This document shows, in pieces, positions 61,414 to 64,000 of a DNA stretch of 64,000 bases (its first letter is position 1; each line of letters starts with the position of its first letter). The stretch is from a virus (Duplodnaviria > Heunggongvirae > Uroviricota > Caudoviricetes), in the IMG/VR virus record IMGVR_UViG_2861084961_000001; one strand, given 5' to 3'. The notes under the pieces are model-generated. The model had not been told where the DNA came from, made no database searches, and was given only the letters and a program-made list of their open reading frames with translations. Both the position numbers and the translations under genes were made by a program.

Positions 61414-61803
61414 ATGGGCTTCCCTTCTCCTGCGGCGGATTATGCTGAGAGCCGTATTTCTCTTGATCAGCAGATAATTAGACATCCTTCAGCGACCTAC
61501 TTCTTGAGGGCAGCTGATAGCCATCATCGTGAGGGAATATTGCAGGGTGCATTGCTGGTGGTCGATTCCTCACTCACTCCTGTTGATGGATCTCTTCTTG
61601 TATGTGCTCTGGATGGGGAATATCGCGTAAAAAGATACCGGAAGTATCCACGTCAGCATCTGGAGGATTTAAGAACTGGTAAGAAGGAAGCATTGCCAAA
61701 GGATGATGATGGATGCACGGGCAGCAATGCCGTGTTTGGTGTGATCACTCACATTATCAACGACGCAAGAAGTGGCGAGTTTGATGATTGTCCTGTGATG
61801 TAG
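61414..61803 (+). CDS. UmuD'-like protein (HumD-like; starts at the position corresponding to the UmuD self-cleavage site)
   Basis: MGFPSPAADYAESRISLDQQIIRHPSATYF matches UmuD residues ~25 onward; Ser-containing ADS motif; no umuC-like gene follows. Confidence 0.7.
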   Translation: MGFPSPAADYAESRISLDQQIIRHPSATYFLRAADSHHREGILQGALLVVDSSLTPVDGSLLVCALDGEYRVKRYRKYPRQHLEDLRTGKKEALPKDDDGCTGSNAVFGVITHIINDARSGEFDDCPVM

Positions 61804-61815
61804 GAGAACTGTTTA

Positions 61816-61839
61816 GGTGGTGCATTGCACCACCTTTTT
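61816..61839. terminator. Bidirectional terminator hairpin ggtggtgcattgcaccacc + T-run between convergent umuD'-like and mrp
   Basis: 9 bp stem with T-run on plus strand and A-run equivalent on minus strand. Confidence 0.65.
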
Positions 61840-61840
61840 A

Positions 61841-62941
61841 TCACACTGCGCGGAATGCGATTTCGCCAGGTATTACTTCACCTTGCCAATACATTTGGGC
61901 AGCAACGCGATCTGCGAGGTCACGATAAATAGCCGTAAATTCGCTATCTGGACGACTAATAACGGTTGGTGTTCCGTTATCCAGATCCTCACGAAGAGAG
62001 ATATGAAGTGGCATTTGGCCTAACAACTGCGTGTTGTATTTCTCGGCCAGTTTCTGTGCGCCACCGGTGCCAAAAATTGGCTCGTGATGACCGCAGTTAC
62101 TGCAAATATGCACACTCATGTTTTCGACGATACCTAGTACCGGCACTTCGACTTTTTCGAACATCACAATGCCTTTCTTCGCATCGATCAGCGCGATGTC
62201 TTGCGGCGTAGTTACCACAACCGCACCAGTTACAGGAATGTTCTGCGCCAGCGTCAATTGAATATCACCAGTGCCCGGCGGCATATCGAGAACGAGATAG
62301 TCCAGATCAGGCCACAGTGTTTCCTGCAACATCTGCATCAGCGCCTTGCTGGCCATCGGTCCACGCCACACCATTGCATTGTCGTCGGTGACCAGATAAC
62401 CAATAGAGTTGGTTGCCAGGCCATGAGACATGATAGGTGCCATGTGAGTACCGTCCGGTGAGGTTGGACGTTGGTTTTCCGCACCCAGCATGGTTGGAAT
62501 TGATGGACCGTAGATATCGGCATCCAAAATACCAACTTTCGCACCTTCAGCAGCCAACGCCAGTGCCAAGTTTACTGCTGTGGACGATTTGCCTACACCG
62601 CCCTTGCCTGAGCTGACGGCGATGATGTTCTTAACGCCATTAATGCCTGGTTGGTTTTTGACGCGCTTAAGCGTGGCAATGTTGTACGACAGCTTCCAGT
62701 CGATAGCCTTTGCGCCAGTGATACGGAGCAGATCACCACTACATTGCTCTTTCAGGTCTTCAAAAGGCTTATTCCACACGAAAGGCATGATTAGTTCGAC
62801 ATGCAGTGTGTCATCCATCAACGCAACATGGTGTAACGCTTTAAGCGTAGTCAGGTTGTGCTTCAGGGTTGGGTGCTGAAAATTAGCCAGCGTACCGGCT
62901 ACCATTGCTCTCAGGGCATCCGGCGATTTGGACTCGCTCAT
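61841..62941 (-). CDS. apbC: Fe-S cluster carrier ATPase ApbC/Mrp
   Basis: 366 aa; P-loop GKGGVGKS, CxxC; chromosomal gene divergent from metG as in E. coli. Confidence 0.9.
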   Translation of the reverse strand: MSESKSPDALRAMVAGTLANFQHPTLKHNLTTLKALHHVALMDDTLHVELIMPFVWNKPFEDLKEQCSGDLLRITGAKAIDWKLSYNIATLKRVKNQPGINGVKNIIAVSSGKGGVGKSSTAVNLALALAAEGAKVGILDADIYGPSIPTMLGAENQRPTSPDGTHMAPIMSHGLATNSIGYLVTDDNAMVWRGPMASKALMQMLQETLWPDLDYLVLDMPPGTGDIQLTLAQNIPVTGAVVVTTPQDIALIDAKKGIVMFEKVEVPVLGIVENMSVHICSNCGHHEPIFGTGGAQKLAEKYNTQLLGQMPLHISLREDLDNGTPTVISRPDSEFTAIYRDLADRVAAQMYWQGEVIPGEIAFRAV

Positions 62942-63098
62942 CCCGTCTCCTTTATTTTAATTTGCGCAATTGTCGCCTTGTAGTGTACTCCAGCTACGAC
63001 ATTTAATCATTTATGAGAAATGCTGTTATCACATGGCAGACATAAGGCCATTTTGTTACTATCAAGCCCCTTTTCACTACAAAGAAGTAATGCCTACT

Positions 63099-64000
63099 AT
63101 GACCCAAGTCGCGAAGAAAATTCTGGTGACGTGCGCGCTGCCGTACGCTAACGGCTCAATCCACCTCGGCCATATGCTGGAGCACATCCAGGCTGATGTC
63201 TGGGTTCGTTACCAGCGAATGCGCGGCCACGAGGTTAATTTCATCTGTGCCGACGATGCCCACGGTACGCCGATCATGCTGAAAGCACAGCAGCTTGGTA
63301 TCACACCGGAACAGATGATTGGCGAAATGAGCCAGGAACACCAGACTGATTTCGCAGGCTTTAACATCAGCTATGACAACTATCACTCGACGCACAGCGA
63401 AGAGAACCGCCAGCTGTCTGAGCTTATCTATACTCGCCTGAAAGAGAACGGTTTTATTAAAAACCGCACTATCTCTCAGTTGTACGACCCGGAAAAAGGC
63501 ATGTTCCTGCCGGATCGTTTTGTGAAAGGCACCTGTCCGAAATGTAAAGCGCCAGATCAATACGGCGATAACTGTGAAGTTTGCGGCGCGACCTACAGCC
63601 CGACTGAACTGATTGAGCCGAAATCGGTAGTTTCTGGCGCTACGCCGGTAATGCGTGATTCTGAACACTTCTTCTTTGATCTGCCCTCTTTCAGCGAAAT
63701 GTTGCAGGCATGGACCCGCAGCGGTGCGTTGCAGGAGCAGGTGGCAAACAAAATGCAGGAGTGGTTTGAATCTGGTCTGCAACAGTGGGATATCTCCCGC
63801 GACGCACCTTACTTCGGTTTTGAAATTCCGAACGCGCCGGGTAAATATTTCTACGTCTGGCTGGACGCACCGATTGGCTACATGGGTTCCTTCAAGAATC
63901 TGTGCGACAAGCGCGGCGACACTACCAGCTTCGATGAATACTGGAAGAAAGACTCCACCGCCGAGCTGTACCACTTCATCGGTAAAGATATCGTTTACTT
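63099..64000 (+). CDS. metG: Methionyl-tRNA synthetase (5' portion, continues beyond window)
   Basis: [43 protein letters not shown] with HLGH motif and zinc knuckles CPKC...CEVC; essentially identical to E. coli MetG as recalled. Confidence 0.95.
   Translation, partial: MTQVAKKILVTCALPYANGSIHLGHMLEHIQADVWVRYQRMRGHEVNFICADDAHGTPIMLKAQQLGITPEQMIGEMSQEHQTDFAGFNISYDNYHSTHSEENRQLSELIYTRLKENGFIKNRTISQLYDPEKGMFLPDRFVKGTCPKCKAPDQYGDNCEVCGATYSPTELIEPKSVVSGATPVMRDSEHFFFDLPSFSEMLQAWTRSGALQEQVANKMQEWFESGLQQWDISRDAPYFGFEIPNAPGKYFYVWLDAPIGYMGSFKNLCDKRGDTTSFDEYWKKDSTAELYHFIGKDIVY

Noticed and set aside
63156-63974. 272 aa minus-strand ORF
   Set aside because: Lies antisense within metG, whose plus-strand product is a near-perfect MetG; the antisense frame has no RBS and a low-complexity composition.

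Overview
This 64 kb window is almost entirely (about 1..61.8 kb) a tightly packed, mostly plus-strand phage-plasmid-like element. Its last ~2.2 kb is enterobacterial chromosome: apbC/mrp on the minus strand and the 5' part of metG, whose product reads as essentially E. coli MetG. The element combines plasmid maintenance functions (ParA plus a small partner; an iteron-flanked RepA origin with a GATC cluster and DnaA-like box) with a T4-type DNA metabolism set: DnaB-like helicase, primase, ATP-dependent ligase, gp32-like SSB, FEN/RNase H, RecA/UvsX-like recombinase, SbcCD-like nuclease, RuvC-like resolvase, NrdAB, glutaredoxin, thymidylate synthase, DHFR and RNase HI. The replicative polymerase is DnaE-type with a separate DnaQ-like exonuclease rather than a T4 gp43-type enzyme. 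It also carries a 4-tRNA cluster next to an integrase and an AT-rich cargo gene, two orphan N6-adenine methyltransferases, an HD-domain alarmone-hydrolase-like protein, a ClpX zinc-binding-domain-only protein, a TerB-like protein, and a LexA-box-controlled UmuD'-like (HumD-like) gene at the junction. This gene content resembles SSU5/pHCM2-type phage-plasmids, but that is inference from memory, not a database hit. Many long genes are split by frame breaks that are all in the same -1 direction, and every one I resolved sits at a homopolymer, so most apparent pseudogenes are probably sequencing indels. The features I would look at first are two families of dispersed palindromic regulatory motifs, one of which also sits in the promoter region of the element's own XRE-family repressor. 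No CRISPR array or rRNA was seen. All product calls rest on motif recognition and recalled homologies, not on searches.
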